Part shown: in pieces, positions 46,737 through 55,779 of the stretch
Numbering within the stretch: position 1 is the stretch's first letter
Layout of the letters: each line of letters starts with the position of its first letter
Origin: Candidatus Woesearchaeota archaeon
Lineage (GTDB): Archaea; Nanobdellota; Nanobdellia; Woesearchaeales; ARS49
NCBI GenBank assembly: GCA_038891615.1
Contig: JAWADY010000002.1
Span: forward strand, 64,994-128,993
Direction: 5' to 3'
DNA length: 64,000 bases
Notes under the pieces: model-generated
What the model saw: the letters and a program-made list of their open reading frames with translations, nothing else
What the model was told of the DNA's origin: nothing
Database searches by the model: none
Position numbers and translations under genes: made by a program

Positions 46737-47123
46737 TCAAGAATCACTGCCTTTTTTTCTCATACGCTCAAAAGTCGCAGCGATATCAATTATGTACTTC
46801 CCATCAGCAACTTTAAATATCAATGGCTCATTTTTAAAAAGCCTTACGAGGTCTAGTTCGTACTTTCCTGGCTTCAGAACATTAATGCTCTCCAAGTCAA
46901 GCACAACTGGTTTTTCTGGCTCTTCAAGTCCTATAATTTTGAAGATGTCAGATTCGATTTCTTTCTTTTCCTTTTCTGAAAGAGGGCTCGCTGGCCCTTC
47001 TGGTTGCTTCAGCTTTTCTTTCTTTATGAAAAAGAAAAGCTTCCCACCACAGGAACAACCCTTTAGTATCGCAGAAGAGCCATCATCGTAGAACGTATTG
47101 CACCGTACGCATTGGTGTGGCAT
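46737..47123 (-). CDS. Zn-ribbon protein (CxxC...CxCGG), third member of a conserved archaeal GTPase-associated trio
   Basis: MPHQCVRCNTFYDDGSSAILKGCSCGGKLFFF N-terminal zinc ribbon. Confidence 0.5.
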   Translation of the reverse strand: MPHQCVRCNTFYDDGSSAILKGCSCGGKLFFFIKKEKLKQPEGPASPLSEKEKKEIESDIFKIIGLEEPEKPVVLDLESINVLKPGKYELDLVRLFKNEPLIFKVADGKYIIDIAATFERMRKKGSDS

Positions 47124-47126
47124 TTG

Positions 47127-47507
47127 CTATCTTTTTTTCCTCTTTTCTTGTGTAAAAAGTTCAATTTTGTGAGGGTCTTTCTTTATCTTCTTGACTATGC
47201 TGGCTGGCCCGATTATGGTCATTCCCTGCCTGTTTCCCAAAAGAAAGCTAAGGACGTTTTCGCGGAATTTCTTAATTCCTGAGAAGTTGCCTTGTTGAGG
47301 ATTTATAACTGCAAGCTCTATCCCTTTGAAATCCTTATTTATCTCTTCCATTGTTGCTTTTATAAGTTCAGCCTCTTCGTCCTTCGATAATCTCCCCTGA
47401 AAAAGAACTATCTTGTCTTCTTTTGCGACATTTAACAACTTTCTTATTCTTCCAACAGAGCTAAGCTGTTCAAGCTCACTATATGGAATGAATTGCAGGG
47501 TCACCAT
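47127..47507 (-). CDS. Conserved hypothetical protein (126 aa) between the small GTPase and the Zn-ribbon protein
   Basis: Tightly packed (1-3 nt spacers) with both neighbours on the same strand. No motif recognised. Confidence 0.45.
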   Translation of the reverse strand: MVTLQFIPYSELEQLSSVGRIRKLLNVAKEDKIVLFQGRLSKDEEAELIKATMEEINKDFKGIELAVINPQQGNFSGIKKFRENVLSFLLGNRQGMTIIGPASIVKKIKKDPHKIELFTQEKRKKR

Positions 47508-47508
47508 C

Positions 47509-48147
47509 TTATTTTCTCAGAAGCTCGTATAATTTTTCATAAAACTCGTTAATGTTCTTGCCATATTTTGCAGATATGCCAATAACATCGTATTGAGGAA
47601 AGGCTGTCTGAACCCTTTTCAGCTTGGCACGCTTGAGGTCTATCTTGTTTGCAGCGATTAGCACAGGTATTTTTCGAGCAGCAAGGTTCCCAACTATTGT
47701 TATGTTAACTTGTGAATAAGGGTCCTGAGTTGCATCTAATACGAGTACAACCCCGTCAACATCATCCAGCCACTTTATTGCTTCTATCACTCCTTTTGTT
47801 GCTTCGCGCGCCCTGCGCTTCGCTTTTGATTCAGGCAGCCCACTTTTGATGAAATCCTCATAATCTATTCTTGTTGCAATCCCTGGCGTATCAACAAGAC
47901 TAAATTGCAGTTCCTTGCCCTTCTTTAGTTTTATTACAATTCGCTCTTTTACATTGACCTCTCTTGTTTCGTGCGGAACTGGACTGACCTTTCCCATTTC
48001 TTTGCCAATCCAGTCCAAGCATATCTTGTTCGCAAGAGTTGTTTTCCCTGAATTTGGAGGACCATAAAGGCCAAGTTTAAGGGACTGTCTTCTTTTGAAA
48101 AGCTCGCCAAAAAGACCTCCGAAAACGCTCTTCAACAGCTTTAACAT
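47509..48147 (-). CDS. Small GTP-binding protein (Era/EngB-like fold)
   Basis: G1 GPPNSGKTT, G3 DTPG, G4 NKID, G5 SAK. 212 aa. Confidence 0.7.
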   Translation of the reverse strand: MLKLLKSVFGGLFGELFKRRQSLKLGLYGPPNSGKTTLANKICLDWIGKEMGKVSPVPHETREVNVKERIVIKLKKGKELQFSLVDTPGIATRIDYEDFIKSGLPESKAKRRAREATKGVIEAIKWLDDVDGVVLVLDATQDPYSQVNITIVGNLAARKIPVLIAANKIDLKRAKLKRVQTAFPQYDVIGISAKYGKNINEFYEKLYELLRK

Positions 48148-48243
48148 CTCTGCACCGCTTTTGCAATAAACAAAATAGGTTTTTATTTAAAACTTTCTAA
48201 AGAGAAAAATAAAAACTCAAGGCAAGAGAAGAAGTCAAATGCT

Positions 48244-48477
48244 TTAGCGACCCCGCGCCATCTTTGCCCTTGAGATATCTCCCTTTTTGTCAATGAAATA
48301 AAGATAACCTGGCTCTTTTTTGACTCCAACTTTCGCGACAAGCTCAGGCTTTCCTCCACGCCCCTTCCTGCCCCGTGCCATCTTGACCCTACTGACATTT
48401 CCCTTTTTGTCAACAAAATAAAGATATCCTTCTGCTTTTTTGACACCAACTTTTGCAACCTTTTCAGCCATTTTCAA
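48244..48477 (-). CDS. Small K/R-rich protein (77 aa) made of two near-identical roughly 37-aa repeats
   Basis: Protein repeats VAKVGVKKAEGYLYFVDKKGNVSRVKMARGR / VAKVGVKKEPGYLYFIDKKGDISRAKMARGR. The underlying DNA is a tandem roughly 111-bp duplication. Confidence 0.5.
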   Translation of the reverse strand: MKMAEKVAKVGVKKAEGYLYFVDKKGNVSRVKMARGRKGRGGKPELVAKVGVKKEPGYLYFIDKKGDISRAKMARGR

Positions 48478-48562
48478 CCCCCTTTAATTTTCTTTTCAAA
48501 TCGACGATAAAAGCGTCTTTGAAGCAAGAAACAGTTCTAGTTTATAAAGTTTGCGTCTTTCT

Positions 48563-48787
48563 TCATCCCTTACTTTTGCGTGCTTTCATTCGTGGTTTTA
48601 GGTGGGCTATTTTGTGCCTCTCTTTTCCAAGGTACCATACAGGTCTCAAAAGCTTCTGAAGTTTTGCAGCAGTTTCGAGAGATTCTGTATACTCTCTAAA
48701 TATTTTCTTTCTACTATGTGGTATAAGTGGTTCTATCTTTTTTGCTTCTGCAAGTGCCAACTCAACGATAGACCTCTTTTTTGCCAT
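48563..48787 (-). CDS. Small basic protein (74 aa), possibly ribosome/RNA-associated; unassigned
   Basis: Lys/Arg-rich, no Cys. Plausible coding frame, no family recognised. Confidence 0.3.
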   Translation of the reverse strand: MAKKRSIVELALAEAKKIEPLIPHSRKKIFREYTESLETAAKLQKLLRPVWYLGKERHKIAHLKPRMKARKSKG

Positions 48788-48875
48788 TTCCTCAAATCTT
48801 AGCCTTGTATCTTTTGTATAAAAATGCTTCGGCGAAAGGCATTTATATCCTCCAGCCGTTCTTGAGGTGGGGAAA

Positions 48876-50066
48876 ATGAAATTTGCACATCTTGCAGACT
48901 GTCATATCGGTGGATGGCGTGAGCCTGTTCTCCGTGAACTGAACAACAGAGCATTTTCAGAAGCTGTTGCGCGATGCCTTGCAGAAAAGGTCGACTTTGT
49001 ACTCATAGCAGGAGACCTTTTTAACACCTCACTGCCTGCACTTGATAGTCTTAGGAGCGCTGTTGCTGGCCTTCGCGAACTGAAGGAAGCTGGAATTCCA
49101 GTTTATGCAGTTCCTGGTAGCCATGACTATAGCCCAAGTGGCAGGACGATTGTTGATGTGCTTGAGAGTGCAGGGTTGCTTGTCAATGTTGTAAACGAAG
49201 AAGCAAATTTTGTCGTAGATAAAAAGACTGGAGCAAAGCTCATAGGACTTCCTGGTTGGAAGGGTGGGCTTGACCAATCACTCTTCTCTTCAATTGACAA
49301 AAGTGCACTTGAGGCTGAAAAAGGTTTCAAGATCTTCCTATTCCACACGACGGTGAAGGAGCTGATAACAAAAGATTTTGAAATGATTCCATCTGTGCCA
49401 GCTTCAGCTTTTCCAGAAGGGTTTGACTATTATGCAGGTGGTCACATTCACATTGTCAGCAGGCACAGGTTTGGGAAGGGGTTTATGGTCTATCCAGGGC
49501 CGCTCTTTCCGAACAACTTTTCAGAGCTTGAGAAGCTGGGAGCGGGAGGATTTTTCGTATATGAAGATGGCAAGCTTGAGCATGTAAGACTCGAGCTCTG
49601 TCCTGTTCGGCCTTTAGTCTTGGATTGCAATCACAAACGGCCAGCTGAGATTTGCCAGGAGATTGCACACAGGATAGACCAGCTTGAGCTTAAAGGGGCC
49701 TTGCTGCTTGTCAGGCTTTATGGAAGCCTGGCTGGGAAATCTACAGAGATTCCTTTTAACGAGTTGTTTGCACGCGCATACGAGAAGGGTGCACTCTTTG
49801 TTCTCAAGAATTCTCATCAGCTCATAAACGAAGAACTTGCAAAGACCGAAACTGTTTCGGGAACTGTTGAGGAAATAGAACAGAGTGTGATTGAAAGCTT
49901 TTCAGGAAAAGGCCCTTTTACAAAGGAAAAAGAACGCCAGCTTCTTGCCGCCATTATGCAGGTGCTTTCTGCTGAAAAAGCCGAGGGTGAAACTACTGTT
50001 GATTTTGAGACAAGACTGAAAAAAGCCGTTGCAGGGGTCTTAGGCATAACACAGGAGGCACACTAA
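48876..50066 (+). CDS. mre11: Mre11/SbcD-family metallophosphoesterase
   Basis: GAGGTGG Shine-Dalgarno then MKFAHLADCHIGGW (motif I). DFVLIAGDLFN (II), GSHDY (III), GGHIH (IV/V). No rad50 adjacent. Confidence 0.6.
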   Translation: MKFAHLADCHIGGWREPVLRELNNRAFSEAVARCLAEKVDFVLIAGDLFNTSLPALDSLRSAVAGLRELKEAGIPVYAVPGSHDYSPSGRTIVDVLESAGLLVNVVNEEANFVVDKKTGAKLIGLPGWKGGLDQSLFSSIDKSALEAEKGFKIFLFHTTVKELITKDFEMIPSVPASAFPEGFDYYAGGHIHIVSRHRFGKGFMVYPGPLFPNNFSELEKLGAGGFFVYEDGKLEHVRLELCPVRPLVLDCNHKRPAEICQEIAHRIDQLELKGALLLVRLYGSLAGKSTEIPFNELFARAYEKGALFVLKNSHQLINEELAKTETVSGTVEEIEQSVIESFSGKGPFTKEKERQLLAAIMQVLSAEKAEGETTVDFETRLKKAVAGVLGITQEAH

Positions 50067-50074
50067 GAAAATTT

Positions 50075-51385
50075 CTATGGGCTTTTTCTAAGCATTGTTC
50101 GTGGAAAGGGTATTGCATCTTTTATGTTGTCAAGTCCACAAATCCACGATATGACGCGCTCGATGCCCATCCCAAATCCAGAATGTGGAACAGAGCCATA
50201 GCGTCTTGTGTCAAAATACCATTCGTAATGTTCTGGATGTTCGCCGCTCTTTTTTAGCGCTTCTTTCATTGCATTGATGTCAAGGTCTCGTTGCGAGCCT
50301 CCAATTATCTCGCCGTACCCTTCAGGCGCGAGCATGTCAAAACAGAGTGCCGTCTTAGGATCTCTTGGGTCTGCTGGCTTATAAAATGCCATTATCTCCT
50401 TTGGATAGTTCGTTACGATGAGAGGCCTGTCAAAATGCTTCATTATTTTGTTCTCTTCAATTGTCCTCAAGTCCTTGCCCCACTGCACTACCAATCCTTC
50501 TTTTTTCTTCAAAAGCTCAAGGACTTGTGTATATGTAAGCCTAGGAAAAGGTGTTTTTACCTTTTTGAGCTTCGACAGTTCTTGCCCAAGCTGTGTTAGT
50601 TCTGAGCTGTTTTCCTTTAACACAGCCTTTACAACGTGCTCAACGAGCTCTTCGGCTTGTTTAATAGCTCCGTCCAAGTCCTGCCACGCTGTTTCGACCT
50701 CTGCCATCCAGAACTCTGCAAGGTGTCTCGAGGTTTTGCTCCGTTCTGCTCTAAAGCATGGACTAATTGTGAATATCTTTTCAAGTCCAAAAATTCCTGC
50801 CTCTGCATAAAGCTGCCAACTTTGAGTAAGGTATGCAATGTCGTCAAAGTATTTTAGCTGGAAAAGGGTTGCTCCCCCTTCGCAAGCAACTGGGGTTATT
50901 ATAGGTGGAGACCATTCGTAGTAGCCTCGCTCATAGAAATAATCTCGTACCGCCTTGAGGATGGTTGAGCGAATCTTAAGGATGTTTGTTAGCTTTCTAC
51001 TTCTTAACCAAAGATGCCTCACATCGAGGAGAAACTCCTGACTAAGATCCTTTGCTATTGGGAATCTCTCTGCAATATGAACAATTTTCAGGTCTGAAAC
51101 TTTTAGCTCGTATCCTGTTGGAGCCCTTTCATCTTTTACAAGCTCGCCCTCAACAATAAGCGAGCTTTCCATTGTTACCTTTTCCGCATTACTGAATAAC
51201 TCCTTTGGCACATTTTCTTTCTTGACAACACATTGTATGATGTTGGAGCTATCTCTTAAAACAATAAACACTTTGTCCGCAAACTTCCTTTCGCGATAGC
51301 ACCAGCCTCTAAGCCTAACCTTTCCTTTACCTTTTTCAAGTGCTTCTTGTATCGAAATAATGCCGTCTTTTTCAGCTACTGCCAT
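50075..51385 (-). CDS. asnS: Asparaginyl-tRNA synthetase (class IIb)
   Basis: Motif 2 FRAERSKTSRHLAEFWMAEVE (the EFWM form is typical of AsnRS). Motif 3 GFGMGIERVI. 436 aa. Confidence 0.75.
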   Translation of the reverse strand: MAVAEKDGIISIQEALEKGKGKVRLRGWCYRERKFADKVFIVLRDSSNIIQCVVKKENVPKELFSNAEKVTMESSLIVEGELVKDERAPTGYELKVSDLKIVHIAERFPIAKDLSQEFLLDVRHLWLRSRKLTNILKIRSTILKAVRDYFYERGYYEWSPPIITPVACEGGATLFQLKYFDDIAYLTQSWQLYAEAGIFGLEKIFTISPCFRAERSKTSRHLAEFWMAEVETAWQDLDGAIKQAEELVEHVVKAVLKENSSELTQLGQELSKLKKVKTPFPRLTYTQVLELLKKKEGLVVQWGKDLRTIEENKIMKHFDRPLIVTNYPKEIMAFYKPADPRDPKTALCFDMLAPEGYGEIIGGSQRDLDINAMKEALKKSGEHPEHYEWYFDTRRYGSVPHSGFGMGIERVISWICGLDNIKDAIPFPRTMLRKSP

Positions 51386-51431
51386 TTTTCCTTTAAATTA
51401 AAGAACTCTTTTAAAGTTTTCCAGTCGTTCG

Positions 51432-52739
51432 TCAGGGCACAACTCGTTCTGGGTCCCTTGGAAATAGCACTCCTTCTCGGATGTTTCCAAGCCCAAGTAT
51501 GTTTTTTACAAGTCTGTCAATGCCAAGCCCGAAACCGCCATGTGGAGGCATGCCATAGCGGAATGCTTCTAGATAAAATGCAAAATCCTTCGGGTCTAGC
51601 CCTTTACCTTTCATCTGCTCAACAAGCTGGATGTAGCGATGTTCGCGTTGCCCTCCTGAAGCAAGCTCCTCTCCACCATACTCGAAGTCAAAGCTCCGTG
51701 ACAGTCCATTCTCTGCCATTATGTAGAAAGGTTTTATCTTGAATGGAAACTTTGTGATAAAGTACGCCTTTGTGCCGTACCTTTTTTTCACAAGTTCTCC
51801 CAAAAGCTTTTCGTCTTCTGCCCCTATGTCCTCGTCTTCTTTTATCTTTGAGCCAGCTTCCTTGAGCATGTCCAAGGCTTCGCTGTACCTTATCCTTGGA
51901 AATGGAAGCTGAGGAGGCTCCAAGTGAATATCAAAAAGGCCCAGCTCACGCGCGAATTCAGATTTTATTTTTCCAATAACAAAAACAAACAACCTTTCAA
52001 GAAGTCTTAGCACATCCTCTTCATCTTTTATGAATGCCATTTCGAGGTCAAAATGCGTGAACTCTGTGAGATGTCTCGTTGTATGCGATTTTTCTGCCCT
52101 AAAGCTTGGCCCTATCTCAAAGACCTTGTCAAAGCCCGAAGCAAGCACAGCCTGTTTGTACAGCTGCTGGCTTTGACTCAGAAAAACTTTTTTGCCATAG
52201 TAATTTACTTGGAAAAGGGTTGCTCCTCCCTCTGCCCCTGCACTTATGAGTTTTGGCGTTTGTATTTCAATAAAACCCTCTGAGTTAAGGAAAGCGCGGA
52301 TTGCAGCATTTAGTCCTGAACGTATTTTAAAAATTGCCAGGTTTTTTCGGTTTCTTAGATCAAGTAGTCTGTTGTCAAGCCTTTTGTCAAGGCCAGTAGG
52401 AATCTTCCCGGAGAAGTCGATTGGAAGCACTGGTTCGCTTTTACTTATTACCTCAAACTTTTCAAGAACAAGCTCTTTTTCTCCAGATTTGAGCTTTGAC
52501 TCAGCCATTTTCCCCTCTGCAACGATTACAGATTCCTTTGGGATCTTTTCAAGCTCAGACATTTTTTCAAAATCTGGAAGAGCTGTTAGCTGAATCTCCC
52601 CTTCCCTATCACGGAGCCTGACAAAAGCAATCTTTCCAATGCGTTTTATGTCAGCCGCCCACCCTGCTACTACAACTCGTGTTCCAGCAGCCTTTTTCAG
52701 CGCCTCGCTTGAATAAATCCTTCTTGCTAGATCTATCAT
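51432..52739 (-). CDS. aspS: Aspartyl-tRNA synthetase (archaeal type, class IIb)
   Basis: FRAEKSHTTRHLTEFTHFDLEMAF (AspRS motif 2 form), GGFGLGIDRLV, N-terminal OB anticodon-binding domain. 435 aa. Confidence 0.85.
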   Translation of the reverse strand: MIDLARRIYSSEALKKAAGTRVVVAGWAADIKRIGKIAFVRLRDREGEIQLTALPDFEKMSELEKIPKESVIVAEGKMAESKLKSGEKELVLEKFEVISKSEPVLPIDFSGKIPTGLDKRLDNRLLDLRNRKNLAIFKIRSGLNAAIRAFLNSEGFIEIQTPKLISAGAEGGATLFQVNYYGKKVFLSQSQQLYKQAVLASGFDKVFEIGPSFRAEKSHTTRHLTEFTHFDLEMAFIKDEEDVLRLLERLFVFVIGKIKSEFARELGLFDIHLEPPQLPFPRIRYSEALDMLKEAGSKIKEDEDIGAEDEKLLGELVKKRYGTKAYFITKFPFKIKPFYIMAENGLSRSFDFEYGGEELASGGQREHRYIQLVEQMKGKGLDPKDFAFYLEAFRYGMPPHGGFGLGIDRLVKNILGLGNIREGVLFPRDPERVVP

Positions 52740-53374
52740 TTTTTCCGTCCTCTGCTTCTGCCTTTGAGCCTGAGCTTCAATGCAAGGTCTTCAAGTTTTT
52801 CCAGCCCATATTTCAGGCTATCAAACTTTTTTCTTAAAGGTTGGTTTCTAAAATCAAATAGGGTCAGTTGTTCATGAATCCCTTCAACAAATGCCTTTAT
52901 CTCAAGCGCAGACCTTTCATTGCCTTTTATCACAGAATTTATGGCTTTTCGCACAAGCTCGCCCACCATATCACAAAGTCCTAGAAGATATATATCTATG
53001 TCAACGCCAAGTTCTTTGGGAGAGAAAAGTCGCTTCTCACTCGCCCAGCCATAGTAGCAGGAAGCCTCAACATACTCTTCCAGAGCCTCTGCATAAGCAC
53101 CAATCATTGCAAGATGTTTGTCACCCTTTACAAGGCTTTCTGCCTCTTTTATTCTGCTTTTTGCAACCCTTAGTGCAGCTGCTGCCGAAGCGAGGTCTTC
53201 TCTATGAAGTGCATAAATTGCCTTTTTGCTTTCCTTTAGAATATCTCTTGATTTCTTTATAAGCTCTTCGCGGGCATAATCAAAAGCCTCTAGCTTCTGC
53301 CTCATGAGCTCAAAAGTCTTTTTGTCAATCATTACTGTAGTTTGTGAGCGCAGCCCTTTTAAATCTATTGCCAC
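52736..53374 (-). CDS. Helical protein, possibly translin-family (COG2178-like)
   Basis: About 210 aa, all-helical, acidic/aromatic patch YAEALEEYVEASCYYGW. Weak assignment. Confidence 0.3.
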   Translation of the reverse strand: MAIDLKGLRSQTTVMIDKKTFELMRQKLEAFDYAREELIKKSRDILKESKKAIYALHREDLASAAAALRVAKSRIKEAESLVKGDKHLAMIGAYAEALEEYVEASCYYGWASEKRLFSPKELGVDIDIYLLGLCDMVGELVRKAINSVIKGNERSALEIKAFVEGIHEQLTLFDFRNQPLRKKFDSLKYGLEKLEDLALKLRLKGRSRGRKK

Positions 53375-53451
53375 GCACTGCTCTGAAACAAAGAAAAGGT
53401 TTATATACTCTCATTCTTCAAAAAAGCAAAAAAGAGAGGTTAAAAAACCTG

Positions 53452-54003
53452 ATGGCCGCGACTGTTCTTGGAAATGTCATTGAGTTTTTTAATAGAATAG
53501 GAATTTACGATGTCGTGCTACCCTTTCTTCTCGTTTTCACAATTGTTTTTGCAATCTTTGAGAGAACAAAGGTTCTTGGAACAGAAAAGATTGATGGGGA
53601 AGTTGTTACAAAAAAGAACCTTAATGCAATGGCTGCCTTTGTAATTGCATTTTTTGTAGTAGCTTCAGGCCAGGTTGTGGAGACAATCACAAAGGTTTCT
53701 GCAAACATGGTTGTTCTTCTCTTTCTTGTGATATTCTTCCTAATGCTTGTTGGCACACTTTACAAAGAAGGAGAATTTGTTGAAAAGGGACTTGAAGGCT
53801 GGCCAAGAAATGTCTTTATTATAGTTCTTACCCTTGGAATCATTCTTGTTTTCCTAGACGGAATAAAAGCAGCTGACGGTCGGAGTTGGTTACAGGTTGC
53901 AACAGATTACCTTCAGCTGAACTGGTCCTCACCTGCTGTTGCCTCAGTAGTGCTCATCCTTCTCGTCATATTCATAATAAACTGGCTAACAAAGGGTAAG
54001 TAG
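53452..54003 (+). CDS. Membrane protein, paralog A of a tandem triplet (unknown family)
   Basis: 4 predicted TM. Shares motif [IVT][YF]D[VA].{2}PF[LV].[VI]F[TV] with the next two genes. Confidence 0.6.
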   Translation: MAATVLGNVIEFFNRIGIYDVVLPFLLVFTIVFAIFERTKVLGTEKIDGEVVTKKNLNAMAAFVIAFFVVASGQVVETITKVSANMVVLLFLVIFFLMLVGTLYKEGEFVEKGLEGWPRNVFIIVLTLGIILVFLDGIKAADGRSWLQVATDYLQLNWSSPAVASVVLILLVIFIINWLTKGK

Positions 54004-54006
54004 GTG

Positions 54007-54579
54007 ATGCAAATGATTTTTCGGCTTCAATTTGGGCCTTATGGCATAGGTTTTAGGGACCTTTTTTATAGACTGCAGGTTTTGGGCGTGTTTGATGTTC
54101 TGATACCTTTTGTTCTAATCTTCACCATTCTTTATGCAGTCCTTCAGAAAGTAGGAGTGTTCAAAGAGAAGAAGTTCAATATTCTCATCTCGCTTGCAAT
54201 AGCTCTTCTCGTAGTTGTCCCTCATGTTGTTGGAGGCTATCCTGCTGGCTTTGATGTAGTTGAAATCATAAACCGCTCGCTCCCGCAAATAGCCTTCCTC
54301 CTCATAGCTTTTGTTCTTTTTCTCATAATGGTTGGGCTTGTCTGGAAGCCACAGAAGGGAACGGAACTTGTGTTTCAAGGGGCTCTTGTTCCAATCATTG
54401 TTGCGCTTATTCTCTTTTTCATCTTTAGCAGTGCGATTTATCAGCAAGCCATTCCGAACTGGCTTTGGTGGATTCTTGATCCAACCTTGCAGATGTTCGT
54501 TGTGATTTTGCTGATATTCGGGCTTGTTGTGTGGTTTGTGACAAGCGGAGCAAAGGAAGAAAAAGAGGGAAAAGATTAA
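54007..54579 (+). CDS. Membrane protein, paralog B of the tandem triplet
   Basis: LGVFDVLIPFVLIFTILYAVLQKVG aligns with A/C. 4 TM. Acidic C-terminal tail. Confidence 0.6.
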   Translation: MQMIFRLQFGPYGIGFRDLFYRLQVLGVFDVLIPFVLIFTILYAVLQKVGVFKEKKFNILISLAIALLVVVPHVVGGYPAGFDVVEIINRSLPQIAFLLIAFVLFLIMVGLVWKPQKGTELVFQGALVPIIVALILFFIFSSAIYQQAIPNWLWWILDPTLQMFVVILLIFGLVVWFVTSGAKEEKEGKD

Positions 54580-54594
54580 AAGAGCTAGTGAAAT

Positions 54595-55158
54595 ATGGCA
54601 ACCCTGCTTGACCTAGGCCTTGTGAGAACTTTTGACGCCCTGTTTCCTTTCCTTTTTGTCTTTGTTGTTGTTTATGGCGTCCTAAGCTACACAAAACTTC
54701 TTGGCGAGAACAAAAGTGTACATGCAATAATTGCATTTATACTTGCCATAGCCGCCCTATTCTCCCGCATTGCTCTAAAGACAATAACCCTCATGGCCCC
54801 ATGGTTCGTTATTCTTTTTGTTTTCGCGATATTTGCAATAATGACTTATCAGCTCTTTGGTGTTAAAGAGGAAGAGATATCTGGACTTTGGAAAAAGTGG
54901 ACAGCTGGTGGTAGCACCATCTTCTATTGGTTATTGGCACTCATACTTATGATAGGACTTGGCTCGTTGTTCACTGTCCTGCGCGAAGAAAGGGCACCAC
55001 CTTTTTTCATCCAAAATGCCACTGTTACTCCAGGCATTCCAGAAGCCCGGATTAGCTTTTGGTCAACAGTATTCCATCCAAAAGTTCTTGGAGCCGCACT
55101 TCTTTTCTTGATAGCATTGTTCGCCATAAAGAGCCTCACAGAGCTTCCAAAGAAATAA
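54595..55158 (+). CDS. Membrane protein, paralog C of the tandem triplet
   Basis: VRTFDALFPFLFVFVVVYGVLSYTKLLG aligns with A/B. 4 TM. Confidence 0.6.
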   Translation: MATLLDLGLVRTFDALFPFLFVFVVVYGVLSYTKLLGENKSVHAIIAFILAIAALFSRIALKTITLMAPWFVILFVFAIFAIMTYQLFGVKEEEISGLWKKWTAGGSTIFYWLLALILMIGLGSLFTVLREERAPPFFIQNATVTPGIPEARISFWSTVFHPKVLGAALLFLIALFAIKSLTELPKK

Positions 55159-55173
55159 CCTTAAATTGTGAAA

Positions 55174-55779
55174 ATGGTAGAAATAATAGATCGGTATTCT
55201 CGTTTTGGCAAAAATCTCTTAAAAATCACAAGTTTTGTATTGGGCTACAAGGATGTTTTTTCTTTAGAAAAACTAATCACTCTTATTCACGAGTGGCTCG
55301 TTGAGGAAGGCTATGCAACACGGGATGATGAGAAGTTTGGTGAGGTGTTTTATTTGCAAAAGGACAACCCTGTTGCAGGCAATGAGTACTGGATTCGTTG
55401 GAGGCTTGAGAAAACCCCCTTTCAAACAAAGCTTTGGAAATATCTTCTTGATATCGATATACACGTTCTTGGATTAAAAAAAGTTGAGCTTGTTGCCGGA
55501 GGGAAAAAGCTTGAAGCAGATAAGGGAAAGGTTGAGATTGCTGCAGACTTTGGCTTACTTCTTGACCCACAAAATTTGCTTGAGGCTCCGGTTATTAAAC
55601 CATTTAAAATGCTTGTGCTAAAGGGCTTTCTTAAGGCGCAGTTTTCAAAGCACAAAGAAGCAGTCTTCACTGATGCTCAAAGGCTTCAAGATATGTTAAA
55701 ATCCTATCTCCGTCTTGAGACCTACTTGACTGAAAAAGGGCTTCCGGAATTCCTTGGCAAAAGGCCGGAGGCAAGATAA
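55174..55779 (+). CDS. Soluble protein, paralog D of a second tandem triplet (unknown family)
   Basis: EWLVEEGY ... GKVEIAADFGLLLD aligns with E (GWLLSERY...GKILIETKGTLELD) and F (STIAELGY...GKISIVLDGILETD). Confidence 0.55.
   Translation: MVEIIDRYSRFGKNLLKITSFVLGYKDVFSLEKLITLIHEWLVEEGYATRDDEKFGEVFYLQKDNPVAGNEYWIRWRLEKTPFQTKLWKYLLDIDIHVLGLKKVELVAGGKKLEADKGKVEIAADFGLLLDPQNLLEAPVIKPFKMLVLKGFLKAQFSKHKEAVFTDAQRLQDMLKSYLRLETYLTEKGLPEFLGKRPEAR

Noticed and set aside
48183-48458. Alternative 91-aa frame on the minus strand overlapping the 77-aa duplicated-repeat ORF
   Set aside because: Same DNA repeat read in another frame. The 77-aa frame gives the cleaner, perfectly duplicated basic protein, so only one is reported, with uncertainty noted.
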